The notes beneath the pieces were generated by a model. It ran no database searches and was not told where the DNA came from. It saw only the letters and a list, made by a program, of their open reading frames with translations. Of a stretch of 64,000 bases of DNA, positions 1-16,565 are shown piece after piece; position 1 is the first letter of the stretch; the number at the start of each line of letters is the position of its first letter. The position numbers were made by a program, and so were the translations under genes. Source of the DNA: the human T2T-CHM13v2.0 reference genome, Homo sapiens; assembly GCF_009914755.1 (NCBI RefSeq), contig NC_060932.1; one strand, 5' to 3'.

Positions 1-465
1 AAACATTCAGTTATACTGTGGCGCCATAATATGTGTCGTATTTTACACACACACAGGATTAAATGCTCACCTCAACAGAGCAGATTTACTCATTATGCAT
101 TCCCTCTAGAGACTATCAGAATTTCTGAATTATCAAAATCAACACCAGATATCAATACCAGAATTATCAAACTCAATCTTTTTCTTGCTTTTACTTATAT
201 ACTGTGCTTTAAAACCCTGGTGCTGTAGGCAGCCATGGTGATTAGAGATCAGTTCTACAGCTCCATGATCTTCCCATCAAAACACATGTCAGTTAACTCC
301 CTTCAGGACTGAAAGGTTTGTCTCCAGAAACCTGCAAGGGGTATGACAAGTGCCAAATGTGGGTCTGGGGTCTCCTAAAGAAAGGGCTGTGACATGACCA
401 GAGCAAGGAGATTGGCTCTCTGGAATAGCACGCGCGCGCGCATGTGTGTGTGGGTGTGTGTGTGT

Positions 466-755
466 GACTGGGTTTTGCTCTGTTGCCCAGGCTGGAGTGC
501 AGTGTTGCAATCATAGCTCACTGCAGCCCTGAACTCTCGGGCTCAAGGAATACTTTCAACTCAGCCTCCCAAGTAACTTGAAATACAGCCACAAACCATC
601 ACAATCGGCTAATTTTGTGTTGTTGTTGTTGTTGTTGTTGAGGCCAGGTCTCACCACGTTGCCTAAGCTGTTCTCAAACTCCTGGGCTCAAGCAATCCTC
701 CCACCTCAGCCCCCCAAAGTGTTGGGATTACAGATGTGAGCCATCATGCCCAGCC
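466..755 (-). mobile_element. AluJ-type element
   Basis: Two-arm Alu consensus; TSD atagcac at 425-431 and 757-763. Confidence 0.93.
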
Positions 756-1859
756 TATAGCACCTTTTGTTAGTGAGTTTAGGAAAAGCAATTGAGTCAC
801 CCTAAAGCCTTAATCTTTACAAGAATCACCTGATGAGTTTGTAGAAATACAAATTCCTGGGTCCCTATCTCAGATTACCATAGGTTAGGGTAGAGGAAAA
901 AAAAAAAAAACACAGGGAATTCAGATGCTATCAGTCCAATTGGCCCTAAATTGTCAGTGAGTGAGTGAATTTCACTTGACTTCCTTTCACTTTCACTTCA
1001 TTTCACACTTTCACTTCATTTCACAATGGCCCATGTTTTTCTGGAGAAGAAGCTGAATCCTAAAGGGCAGCCTTATTTAAATAGTGAGACACATCATTGA
1101 ATATTTACTTGTAATTTATATATTGCCTGTTTCTGGAATTGCTGAAGCAGTCAATGCTTGAGCAGGATTGCAAGGAGAGATACATATTAGGGAAAACTAG
1201 AAGATGGGGGACCTTACATTTGTGAGTGGCTGGTATCGGCTCATCCCCGGTTTTCACAAATACACATTCTCATGTAGTCCTCCCAGCAACCTCATTTTCT
1301 AAATGAGAAATTGGAGGCTTAGAGAGGTTCAATAACTTGCTCAAGGTCACACAGACACTAAGTGTGTTTCTGTCTGCTTTGATCCCATATCGGTCCAATA
1401 CCCTACAGCTGCAACCTATCTGAAACTCTAAACAAGAAAGCGTGAAATCACTTGTATTTAAAATTAACAGAAAAAGAAGAAAAAAAAAAAAAACCTTTTG
1501 AAAATGTTTGCACCAGATGACTACATGAGCATGGCCAGCAAAACCTCTCTTGAAAGGGGAAATAATTTGGCTGCTTGTGGTTTAGAAACATTGCCCCACC
1601 CTCAATGCTGTACCTATCAAGTCAGCAAGCTCCCTACTAACTGTGCCCTCCACTTGAGTCATGAATATGCCAGCAACAGGAAAGGAAGGGGAAATTCCAT
1701 TAAACATCTGAAGTCTTGTTTCAGGAATGAGTGACTCAGAGGCCACTGACAGCTCCCGGCCCTTATGAAGAAGCCACAGGCAATCAGTGAGCACTTGACG
1801 GAACTTGGGCTTCCAGAGCACCAACTTCTAGAGGATGGTTGATTTCTGGGCCCCAAGTC

Positions 1860-2020
1860 TGCAGTCAAACATTTCAGAAACCTCTGGGGCAAGTGCTTTA
1901 ACTTCCCTAACTCTCGGTGTCTTTGTGTAAAATGAAGATAACACCTACTGCACAGAGAAATTGTGAGGCACAAAATAAGATAGGGAGGTAATGACATTGG
2001 CACACAGTAGGTACTGGAAC
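1860..2020 (+). mobile_element. MIR (other MIR-like pieces at ~1270-1400, 19540-19720, 21020-21150, 25230-25380, 37070-37190)
   Basis: ctctggggcaagtgctttaacttccctaactctcggtgtctttgtgtaaaatgaagataa...ttgtgagg core. Confidence 0.7.
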
Positions 2021-3023
2021 GATGGGAACTCCTGATTGCCAGGAGAAAGGAAGAAGCATAATAAACAGCAGTCAGTTAAAGTGCTCTCCTCTTGACTTCA
2101 TTTCTTCAACAACCATAAGTTGAGCGCTCACTGAATGCCGAAGACACAAAGGAGAAGGCAGGTGGGCAGACGGATTGAGCTCCCGTGATGATGCAATGTG
2201 ATCAGTGCAGAAACCCAAGAGGAGCAAAGAGGCAGGGCTGGGGAGGAGAACTGATGAGTTCTGCCTGGGGCATCAGAAGGACCCAGGGGAGCTGGGCTTG
2301 GGCAGGGCCAGGAGTAAGAGGTCACTAGCTAGACAAAGAAAAGGTGTTTTAGGCAAAGCAAAGAGCATAAACAAAACCACAGATGACAGAGAATGTGTTC
2401 GGGGATTGGAAAATGGTCCATTTGACAGGAGAAAAGTGCATGATGGGGATGGGTGGATGACGAGCCTGAGAAGGGGAGGGGCTTGGAATGCCATGCTAAG
2501 CCCAGGATTTTGACTCTGGCTGGCAGTGGGGTGTCATAGGACGCTCACAAGAAAAGTGAGGTGCTCTGAGGAGATCTCTCAGAAAAGCCCTCACTGGCAG
2601 CTCTGAGAATGACATGATGGATAGTGCCAACATGTTGAGAGTGACCGAAAAAAACAAGGAGGGAGAAAAACAAAAGAAATGCTAAGAGCCTGGATGCTCC
2701 ATAGGTTCTATAATTAGCACTTGAATAATTACATGAATCCATGTACAGGGATTACAGGGAGAAGCCTCCAGAGGCCCCTTATATATGGTGACTGCCATAT
2801 GCTAATTCATGTGTCCTCCCCGGTGGCACATTCCAAAGTATGACCAGGAACCTACAGCATCCAAACGGGCATTCAGTGCAGTCCATCCAGAATGGACTCT
2901 CTTCCTAGGCAGTGAGGTCAGCTCCTGAGGGAGGGAGGCTTCCATAGAACATCTTGCTTTCTTTTCCTGGACTTAGCTTTCTCTGAAGGGCACAATCATG
3001 CCCTGGAATAAAGAATACAGTCT

Positions 3024-3691
<668 letters not shown>

Positions 3692-4024
3692 TGGAATACA
3701 GTCTTATAGTTTTGTTTTGCCCATTAATTCACCCATGTGTTCATTCATTTAACAAACATTTGTGAAGACCTGCTCTGTGCCAGCAGTATGAAGGCTATAA
3801 GGAGAAATATGGAGACATAAGAAAGGGATGGCTCCTGTCTTCAAGGAGGTTACTTCTAATGTATGGCATGGCTATAATAAAATGAAATCTGCTACATGGG
3901 CCTTTAGAACAACACAAACAAGATATTAAGGGAATTCAAAGTGAGAAAGGTGATTTGAGAACCTTAGTTACTATACATAATTGGAAAATTATCTCTAGAT
4001 CCTTGCTTTTTGAGGTATGGCCCA

Positions 4025-4155
4025 TGGAACCAAAGCAAAGGCACCACCCCGGAGCTCATTAGAAATGCAAAATTACAGACGTTGAATGTGGATCTGCATT
4101 TTAATAAGATCCTCTGGTGGTGTGTGTGCACATTCAAGTTTGAGAAGCACTGGTT
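4025..4155. mobile_element. MER5A-like DNA transposon remnant (another at ~810-880)
   Basis: ttagaaatgca...atctgcattttaataagatcc...caagtttgagaagcactg. Confidence 0.75.
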
Positions 4156-5173
4156 TGCAGCCCATGAGGCCTTAAAGCTTGCTTTAAATAGTCTAAGAAA
4201 AAAAATAAATGATAAGCACAAAGTGATCAAAACTACACTCCTTGTATTGTGAGATTAACCTAACCACAATATAATCTTTCAAAATTAGTACCTCTTTTCC
4301 TTAAATACGTCTTGTATTTCCAACTCTTCTGTTATTCCACCTGAGAGGTATACAGGTGTGTGGGCCTCAAATAAGAAGGAAAAAAAAAGAGAAGAGGAAA
4401 GAAAATAGGTCCTTTCTGGAAGGCAGACAGCGTTGGCAAGCTAGCAGCAGATTCAGTTCTGGAAAATAAAGCCCATGTGCTTTGAGGTGGTTGGGGAGTC
4501 ATTTGCTCTTAGATCTCCATTTCACCTGCCTCACAGCTGTCCTGCTGCATGCTTCATCAACATTAGGGCAGGCATGTTTGTGCCAGCTTCTTTTCATATG
4601 TCAATCAAGGGACATTTGTTCAGTTACTTACTACATACATTGCATGAGCTAAATGTTCCAAGGTACATAAAGGCATAATCAAAGATGAGTAGAAATAATG
4701 ATAAAAATAGGTAGGAAGCAAGTAGTAACAAAAGAGAGGTACAAACCAAAGACTGTGAATGTTGAGATAAGGGAGAGAAAATTCTGGCTCAGGAGATCCA
4801 AGAAGACTTCATGAAGGAGGCAGCAGAACCAGTTGAGCCTTGAGCCTTGCATGATAATTAGGATTTGAAGAGGAAGTTATGGGGTTAGGGCATTTTTATA
4901 AGGGCATCTAGCTCAGAAAAAGAATGGAGGTGAGAAGATAAAGGGTTTCTCTGAGGAGATGAAAGGATCTGATTGGGGAATGTGAGGAAGCAAGCCAGAA
5001 AGGAAGGCTTGGGATTAGCTCACGGTGGCCCCAAGTGCCCAAATGTGAGTAGCAGGAGTCACCGAAGCGTTTGAGTGGAGGAGTGACATGATCTTGTCTG
5101 GACTTTGGAGCTCTTGTACACCAGGAGTTCTTGGCAGGTGAGGGAGTAAGTGGGATGGTTAAGAATTCTTCTC

Positions 5174-5512
<339 letters not shown>

Positions 5513-6777
5513 TTATTATTCTCTTCTAGCCCACTAACCTCCGCCTTCCTGCCAGCCATGTGATCAGCAAGTGCGCAGCATCCAAGTTACCAGGGGCTGG
5601 AGTTGAGTCCAGCCCCTACTAAGGCCTTGTCTGAGGCTTGGGAAGTGACCCGAGCTTGGTTCCCAGGAAGACAAAGGAGACCAGGGAAGCTAGGATGGTA
5701 AGTATGAAAGACGGTAAGTATGAAAGCCACTGATTTACTCAAGTCCAGGGTTTTAATGGTTATCATTGGGCATAGTTGTCAAAAAGGAAAGGATGATCAG
5801 ATAAGAAACCTCATTTGACAGTCAAATGTGTCTTTGTACCTGTGTTTGTTTCTGGGTATGTGTTGTTCTAGGAAGAAATATTCAGTTCCCTTTTCTGGGA
5901 ATCTGATTCCTCTGACACTGCTGCTTCTTCTTTCTCATGGTAGACACAGACTTGGGAACTAGATGGAACTATAGGATCCATTTTGCTCACAGCTTCCCTA
6001 TTTAATGGAGAAGCCAAATGACTTGTCTAGCTCTGCAGTTGGCCAAGCCTAGAGTAGGGCCTTTGTGAAAAATAAAAATAAAAGAAATATCAAACATGAA
6101 GCTGGAGGAGCGTCTCTGGCATCCTCCCATTCTTGAAAGTGGGGGCTTCTCTGTTACACATGCCCTCTAGACTGCTGCAAGCTGGGGAGGGCCATTTCCA
6201 GCCTCATTCTGGGCTGCAGGCCAGGGGTAAAGGGCCTCCACACGGGGTACCGGGGGTGGGGGAGAGTGCCTCTGACCACAAGTAGGCCGCCTGCCTGCAC
6301 AACCCAGCCTGGATGTCCCCACCCCATCCTGATTCCCATCCTGTGTTCTGAGATGCCTGTTTTCACTCATAAAAACCGAAATGCAACAGGACTTTAAACT
6401 GTTCAGAAGAGAACTTTGTGTTAAGAAAATGCAACTTCTTCTGCTTGGCCTACACCAAAGTACAAAGAGATTGGTGTGAAATGGCTTTCTCTTGGGAGGA
6501 ATGGAGCTAAGTGAGACATGTTCAGTTGCTTCCCAGGGACATGAGAAGGAGTTATTCTTCTCTTTGCAGAATGCTGGTGGAGAATCACTGTATAGGGCAG
6601 TAAAATCCTTCCTAATGAAGTATTTGGGGCTTACCTTTGCTCAAGAGGGAAAGAAGGACATCTCTTTCTCCAAGTTGTGGCCACAGGTCTCACAATGTCA
6701 AAATATCTCCTAAGGCCTTAACTGTCTTATGCTTTGATATAAAGGAAAAAAGGAAATGCCAGTTAAATAAGGCATAA

Positions 6778-7041
<264 letters not shown>

Positions 7042-7929
7042 TGATGTGTTAGAAATGCAGGATTGGGTGGGAAGGTGAGATCCAAACAGGCTGGCTGTTG
7101 GCAAATATGTCAGAAGGGGCTTTTAGGGTTCCCCTGTGGAGTCTTCTCTCTTTGCCCCACCCCCGACAGCAGGGACCCTCTGCTGAGCTTTCACCCAGGT
7201 CTGCCTGTCCTCTCTCTCTCTCATCCTAACTGCAGACCTCTCCCGATTTTCATGCCTCAGTGTACTTTTGGGCCAAGAGTCATTGCCTGCATGTAATGAC
7301 TGGTCCCTGCTAAAGGGATGAGGTGAGCTAATAGACTCGGGTCACCACCACAGATGTAACCAGGGCCTTCTGGAGAGAGCACCTAGACCTGAAGAGGACA
7401 AGTCAGTGGAGCAGACGCTTAGAACATAGAAGGGGCCTTCATACAGCTTCCCTCACATCTACTGGCCCAGGACAGTGGTGTTCTAGAACAGAACACCCCA
7501 TTCAAATCCAAACGGGGCATTTCCCAATCTGTGTAAACGGTGGTCAAGCTGCAGCCCTAGATAAATCACGCTTACTATCATCAGTTCTGCTGCCAGATCT
7601 GAAGAAACGGCCACCAGGGGTGGCAGAGGTCAGGCGACGTGCGGCTACAGCTGGAGCATGGCTCTGCTTGCCTGTGTCCTACCCTCCTCCCCTACACACA
7701 CCACGCATCCACACCTGGTCAGGGGTTGGCCCACGTCCTCCAGTTGCCAAGTCTTTCTCTGGCCAGGAACACTGGGCCAAGAGGTACCTTGGGAGACTCT
7801 CTCTGGGGGTCCCGGTGTCCTGTCTGTCTGCAGATGCACACACCCTGGGCGCTCCTGGGGCGGGCCCTGGACAGAGGGATGCAGCGCAGATCCATCCTGG
7901 CTGACACCCTGCACTGAAGACTCCTAACA

Positions 7930-8630
7930 ATGGCCCGGGGCCAGCCGCGCTCACCCAAGTGCAAACATCGCTCTAGTCTCTGCCCACAAAGGCCAGATGG
8001 AAACTCCCCCTCATTTGTTGGCTCAGATCTGACAGAGCAAAAGCCTTTTATCCCAGAGGAAAGAGCCGGTTCTGAGCGGCAACCCCGCCCCCGAGCACAC
8101 ACAAAGTCAAAAAGACGTTTGTCCGAAGGGCCTGTCACAGGGAAGACGTTCTTTTATTTATTTCGTTTTTAAATAATTTTCTCTTCCCGCCAAAATGTCC
8201 GTAGTAGTAGCAGCAGCAGCAGGTCCACGGGGAGCCTGCCCTCGGTCCTGCTTGTCACATCCCTAATCGCGTCCCATCTGGTGTCTGGCGTGCACAAAGG
8301 CCGCCCGTTCCGGCGGGTTGTGCATTTATGCAGCGCAGCGGCCGCCCCGCACCAGGCCGACGCGACACACTTCTGGCAGGTGCGGGCCAGGGCCATCCGC
8401 AGGCTACATGCCCGCCGCGCCCTCAGCCTCTCCAGGGCTCGGGCCACACAAAAGGCGCCGGGTGCTGCGGGCTTGGGCCCCCTCCCGCTCCGGGCTGGCA
8501 CCGGGACTGACGGCTGATGTGGGTGGACTGGCCCTCAGCGAGAGAAAGGGATGCGTGAGCCCTGGGACCCCAGCAAGCCTTGACAGTGCACATTAAAGTG
8601 TGCGCCTCCGACTCAGCAAGTCGCCTCTCC
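7930..8630. promoter_or_regulatory. Orphan CpG-island-like region, candidate distal enhancer
   Basis: GC-rich, repeat-free, many intact CpGs in 8220-8520; clustered E-box, SOX and POU-like motifs. Confidence 0.65.
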
Positions 8631-8805
8631 TAGAAGTACATCCTGGGGTGTCACTCAGAATGGTCCAAAGACACGCCAAGTGCCAGCACCACTATTTTTT
8701 GTGTAATAGCAAACATTTAGAAACAACTCTGACAACAAAGAGTTAGGTTACATAAATTGTAGAAACATACATACTATAAAAATATTATGTAGCAATTTAA
8801 AGATG

Positions 8806-9080
8806 CTAAGAATAAGACCTACTATTTGATAGCACAGCAGGGGTGACTATAGTCAAAAAAACTTCATTGTACATTTTAAAATAACTAAGAGTGTAATTGG
8901 ATTGTTTGTAACAAAAGGATAGACCCTCGAGGGGATGAATACCCCATCTCCATGATGTGATTATTACACATTGCATGCCTGTATCAAAACACATCATGTA
9001 CCCCGTAAATATATACACCTACTATGTACCCACAGAGTTTTTTTTATTAAAAAAAATAAAAAATAAATGTTTTAAAAAAG
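8806..9080 (+). mobile_element. L1MA-type 3' end, nested in an older L1M remnant (~8650-9430)
   Basis: gaataagacctactatttgatagcac...tatgtacccaca followed by an A-rich tail. Confidence 0.82.
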
Positions 9081-9195
9081 ATTAAAGGTGCTGAAGACAG
9101 GTTTATATTACTATCAAAGGACATCCACAAAAACATTCTTAAATTGAAAAAGCAAGTTATAAAATAATATGGACAGTATGATTCTATTTTGTTAC

Positions 9196-9199
9196 TATA

Positions 9200-9245
<46 letters not shown>
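9196..9245. repeat. (TG)n(TA)n compound microsatellite
   Basis: Direct reading; about 17 TA units at 9212-9245. Confidence 0.97.
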
Positions 9246-9246
<1 letters not shown>

Positions 9247-9454
9247 TTACATATGTGTGAATGGATGAAGAAAAAGTATATACACCAAGATGATAATAGT
9301 GATTATTTCTGGGTTGTGTGTTTATGGCTGAATTTATCTTCCTATTTTTTATCATCTGCGTTTTCTGACTTTTACATATTTTCTATAACTAAATGTGTCA
9401 CTTGTATAATAAAAAAGAAATTTAAAAAAATGAACACTGGAGACAGCTCTCTTT

Positions 9455-9950
9455 TTACATATAGATGTTATTGAAAGCCATGGACTGGATGAAGTCACCT
9501 GAGGGGACAAATACACAGAGAGGAAAAGGGGGCCCTGGCTCAGCCCTGGGGACTCCAGTATTTAGAAGTTAGGCACCCAACGAGGAGGAGACAGGAAAGG
9601 AAACCAAGAGGGCAGCCAGAGAACCGGAGAAGAGCTAGAAAGATCCCAGAGGCCGAATGAAGGAAAGGGTCAAGTGGGCTCTGCCATGAGCCCCTAAGAG
9701 ATCAGATAAGAGAAGGACTGCAAACTGGGCACTGGTTTGGCAAGAGGTGATTTTATCAGAGTAAGAGGGAAGGTGAAAAAGTGGAGTTTTGCTGTGAAGA
9801 GCAGCAGGGTAATAAATGGGGGATACAGAGCGGGCTTGGGTCACGGGAGGGTTATTTATTCAAAGTGAGAGATATTTCCACCCTATTGTAGATGATAACC
9901 ACAATCAGGTAAAGAGGGGGAAATAGTCTGCTAGTGTGGGATGCTGGAGA
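9455..9950 (-). mobile_element. L2 remnant
   Basis: atagatgttattgaaagccatggactggatgaagtcacctgagg...cagccctggggactccagtatttagaag. Confidence 0.7.
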
Positions 9951-10584
9951 GAGAAGGAAGGCATGCAGGGGCAACAAGTCACGGTGGGTGACAGGGTCCA
10001 GCTCACAGGGTGGGTGGGCCTCAGAGCAATGGATGATGCACCCTCAGGAAGCAGAGTAGAGAGTATAGGTGGGCACCTCTGCAGGGAACTTGATGAGTGT
10101 AGGCCCAGCGGGAAGTGGGGGGTTGTGCTGGCAGGCAGGGGCAATGAGGTATTTCTGGCTGGTTGTCACTATTTTGTCTAAAACACAAAGCAGCGACCAA
10201 GAGTGAATGCAAATCTGAAGAGAGAGGAGAAGATGGAAAGTTCCCTCCTGAGAGGGAAGGAGCTGACCGCCCACGGGCACGGGGTAGGATCGTGCAGCCA
10301 TGCTGAGGGACTGCTTTAGGTCTGTGGGCATGAAGTGCATTTCATAAAAGGCCAGTCAGCACCATTGTGCATTTTGCTTTTGCAACCTGCTGGTGCTCCT
10401 GAGAGAATGGTGAGCCCTATGGAGGAAACCTGCCCAGGGTGATGTCAGAGATGACAAGGGGCACTGGGGATGGCTGCCCTGCAGAGAGTTTGTCACCTTG
10501 GAACATTGGATTGTGATGTTCTTTAGCCTCTTGCCGGAGAGAGCTTGTCCAACCCCAGCTTAAAGCCTAAGCCTATTCTGACTC

Positions 10585-13372
<2,788 letters not shown>

Positions 13373-13642
13373 AATTTTATAAACTCACAGAGTTGTGTAA
13401 CCAACACCACAGTAATTGGATTATTTTTATTTATATAATGGAAGTCATGCATATCTTGAGCTATTATATGAGTTATTTAATGTACAAAACCCCAAACATA
13501 TATTCTCTAACTCTCTTTCTTTTTCTCAACAATTCAATGCTGTAATAACTTATATCTGTCTCAGGAAATGACTTCCTCTCAAGCCTTAGGAAAATAAGTG
13601 GGGATTATAAAATAATGACCATATTCTTGAGCATAATAGTAC

Positions 13643-14469
13643 TGTTAGCAGCCTCAAATCCATAGGGGTCTGCAGCAACCTCAATTCTTGCCTCCTCAGA
13701 AGAATTCAACCGAGGGGCATAAGGCAGAGTGACAGACCCAGGCAAGTTTTAGAGCAGGAGTGAAAGTTTTTTAAAGAAATTTTGGAGTAGGAAGGAAAGA
13801 AAGTAAAGTACACTTGGAAGAGGGCCAAGTGGTGACTTCACAGATTCAAGTGCCCTGTTTGACCTTTGACTTGGGGTCTTATACATTGGCATGTTTCTGG
13901 GGTTTTGCTCTCTTCTCCCCTGATTCTTCCCCTGGGGTGGGCTGTCCACAGCTCAGTGGACTCCCAGCAGTTGAGAGGAGCCCCAGGAGCAGTGTTTACT
14001 GGTGTTGTACATGCTCACTTGAAGCATTTTTGCCTTACCAGTCAAGTGTTCCTGGAGGAAGGTCATATAGCACTTAAACTCCGTCATTTTGCCTCTTAGT
14101 GCTCATGCTGGAGCCTGCTCACCCAACTCCTAAGATCTTATTGGGAAGCTGCTAATCACCAGTTTCAGGTGTTTCTATCTATTGGGAGACTGCCTTTGCC
14201 TGGTGCTGGTTGTGACCAATTTTTTTTTATAGAGACGAGGTCTCACTATATTGCCCAGGCTGGTCTCAGTGATCCTCCCACCTCTGCCTCTCAAAATGCT
14301 GGGATTACAGGAGTGAGCCACTGCCCCTGGCCACAATTATTATTTTAGAGAGACAGTTTAATAACCACCTGACCATCACCTCATGGTTGCCTGACATTTC
14401 TGGTGAACACAGGGTTGGCGGGGGGCCTTTCCTGCCCTGCTCGTGTCTGACTAGCTATCCACTGTAATA
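13643..14469 (-). mobile_element. ERV1-class solo LTR (MER50-like) with an Alu monomer at ~14221-14332
   Basis: tgtta...taata termini; 4-bp TSD GTAC at 13639-13642 and 14470-14473; text gggtctgcagcaacctcaattcttgcctcctcagaag typical of this LTR group. Confidence 0.82.
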
Positions 14470-15499
14470 GTACTTTAGTATTTTTTTTCCAGAACACACT
14501 GCATTTTATGTTTTCACAAAAATGAGGAGAAATAACCATAAGTGAGAAGATAGCTCTGTCCTTACAATGTGGGAGAAAGTCGATAGCTGACATCTGATGA
14601 TTTAATTACATGGCCCACAGACATTCTGCCTCCAGGGTTCCTCTCATCACTATCACCCAACCAAGCATTCTACCTCCTCAGCTACTTTCTTTTTGTGGTT
14701 ATTACTAAATAGATATCCTGTGTTGTCATTTAAAACCATTGCCACTGGGTTATAATAAGAGAAGAAAATCCAGGCAGCTGCTAAGAATGCAGTGGCTTGT
14801 TTTCCCATGGGCCCCTTTGTTCTTTACCACGGCTTGACATTCTGTGTGAGGATTCCAGGCTTGAAACTGCTAATTCACTGTCTTTCATCACAGAACCCAA
14901 AGAGACCCCATCATGGCTGCAATGCCCCGTTTAACTGAAATGTACCATTAACCATGCTCTTATCCATTTAATATAAAATCAACTACTCCCGTCAACTACT
15001 GTGACTAGAGTTTCTGATATCAACATGCCAACAAAACAATGGCAATGAGAGCTAAATCTTACTTCCCACCAAGCTTTGTGTCATAGTTCACTGGCCACCG
15101 AACATATTCAAGAACATGAACAGTCAAGGAAATGCTGGAAGAGAGTGAAAGAGATCTTTCTAGGGATGGGGGTTTCTTATTCAAGAACCCCAGGAGTGGT
15201 TCCCCAAATTCTGGATTTCATGTGCCTGTAAGATTTCAAAAATATTAGGGGTTTGGAGAATAGGTTTGGGGTTTGGCATATATTGCCAAATTAGGACTAT
15301 CCTCATTGTTTCAGAAAGAAAGATTATTATGCAGACACCCCAAAAATAGAAAGAATGTGTTCTCAGAATGAATGACCATTCTATAAGTTAATTAACTTTT
15401 GTTTTACTTAAAAACTTATTATGCCCACCAACTTTTCTCAAATAAAAGTATAGCTTCACCCAAAATATAATTGCCTTTCATATAGACAACGAAATTTTT

Positions 15500-16565
15500 G
15501 AAATGCTTGTTTGTACTCAGCTACAGAAAGGAGATCCTGGATGGGCATGGTGACACATGCCTATAATTCCAGCGCTTTGGGAGGCCAAGGTAAGAAGACA
15601 CTTTAAGCCAGGAGTTTGAGACCAGCCTGGGCAACATAGCGAGATCCCCATCTTTCCAAAAAAAAAAAAAAATTAGCTGAGTGTGGTGGTGCATGACTGT
15701 AGTCCCAGCTACTCAGGAGGCTAAAGTTCAAACATCACTTGAGCCCAGGAGTTTGAGGCTGCAGTGAGCTATGATCACACCACTGCACTCCAGCAAAACT
15801 CCATCTTTAAAAAAGAGAGAGAGAGAGAGATCCTGCCATTTCCCACAACATGGATGGAAAGGACCTGGATGACACCTTGCTAAGTGAAATAAGCCAGACA
15901 CAGAAAGAAAAAATACTGCATGATCTTACTTACATGTGGAATCTTAAAAAAAAAAAAAACCCAAATACACAAAGATAGAGAACAGGGACAAGTGAGGAGG
16001 GGAAGGGAGAGAAAATAGGGAGATGTAGCAAGTACAATGTGAGGACCAAAGTTAATAAAATTGTACTGTATTGGGAATTTTTGTTAAATAAGATTTTTAG
16101 CTGCTCTTGTCACACACAAAAAAGGAACTATGTGAGATAATGTATATGTTAATTTGCTTTACTATAGTATCAATTTTACTATCTATACATATCCTTTAAT
16201 ATCACGGTTTGTTTTGTTTTGTTTTGCTTTGTTTTGTTTTGTTTTGAGACAGGATCTCACTCCTGTAGCCCCCACTGGAGAGCAGTGGTGTGGCGCAATC
16301 TCAGCTCACTGTAGTCTCAACCGCCTGGCCTCAGGTGATCCTCCTACCTCAGCCTCCTGAGTAGCTGGGACTACAGGCACCCAGCTAATTTTTTTGTTTT
16401 TTTAGTAGAGACAGGGTTTCGCCATGTTGCCCAGGCTAGTCTCAAACTCCTGGACTCAAGCAATCTGGCCACCTCAGCCTCCCAAAGTGCTGGGATTACA
16501 GGCATGAGCCACCATGCCCAGCCAATATCATGTTTTAAGCCTCAAATATATACAATACAATTTAT
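15500..16565 (+). mobile_element. L1M 3' fragment interrupted by Alus (15539-15815 +, 16208-16523 -)
   Basis: gctaagtgaaataagccagacacagaaaga...atgtggaatct is typical L1M 3' text. Confidence 0.78.

Noticed and set aside
7609-7626. CTCF-like GGCCACCAGGGGTGGCAG
   Set aside because: Spacing departs from the CCASYAGRKGGC core; cannot be supported without a PWM scan or ChIP data.
7620-8596. Stack of overlapping 60-140 aa ORFs on both strands
   Set aside because: Expected from high GC and stop depletion; no recognisable domain or exon structure.
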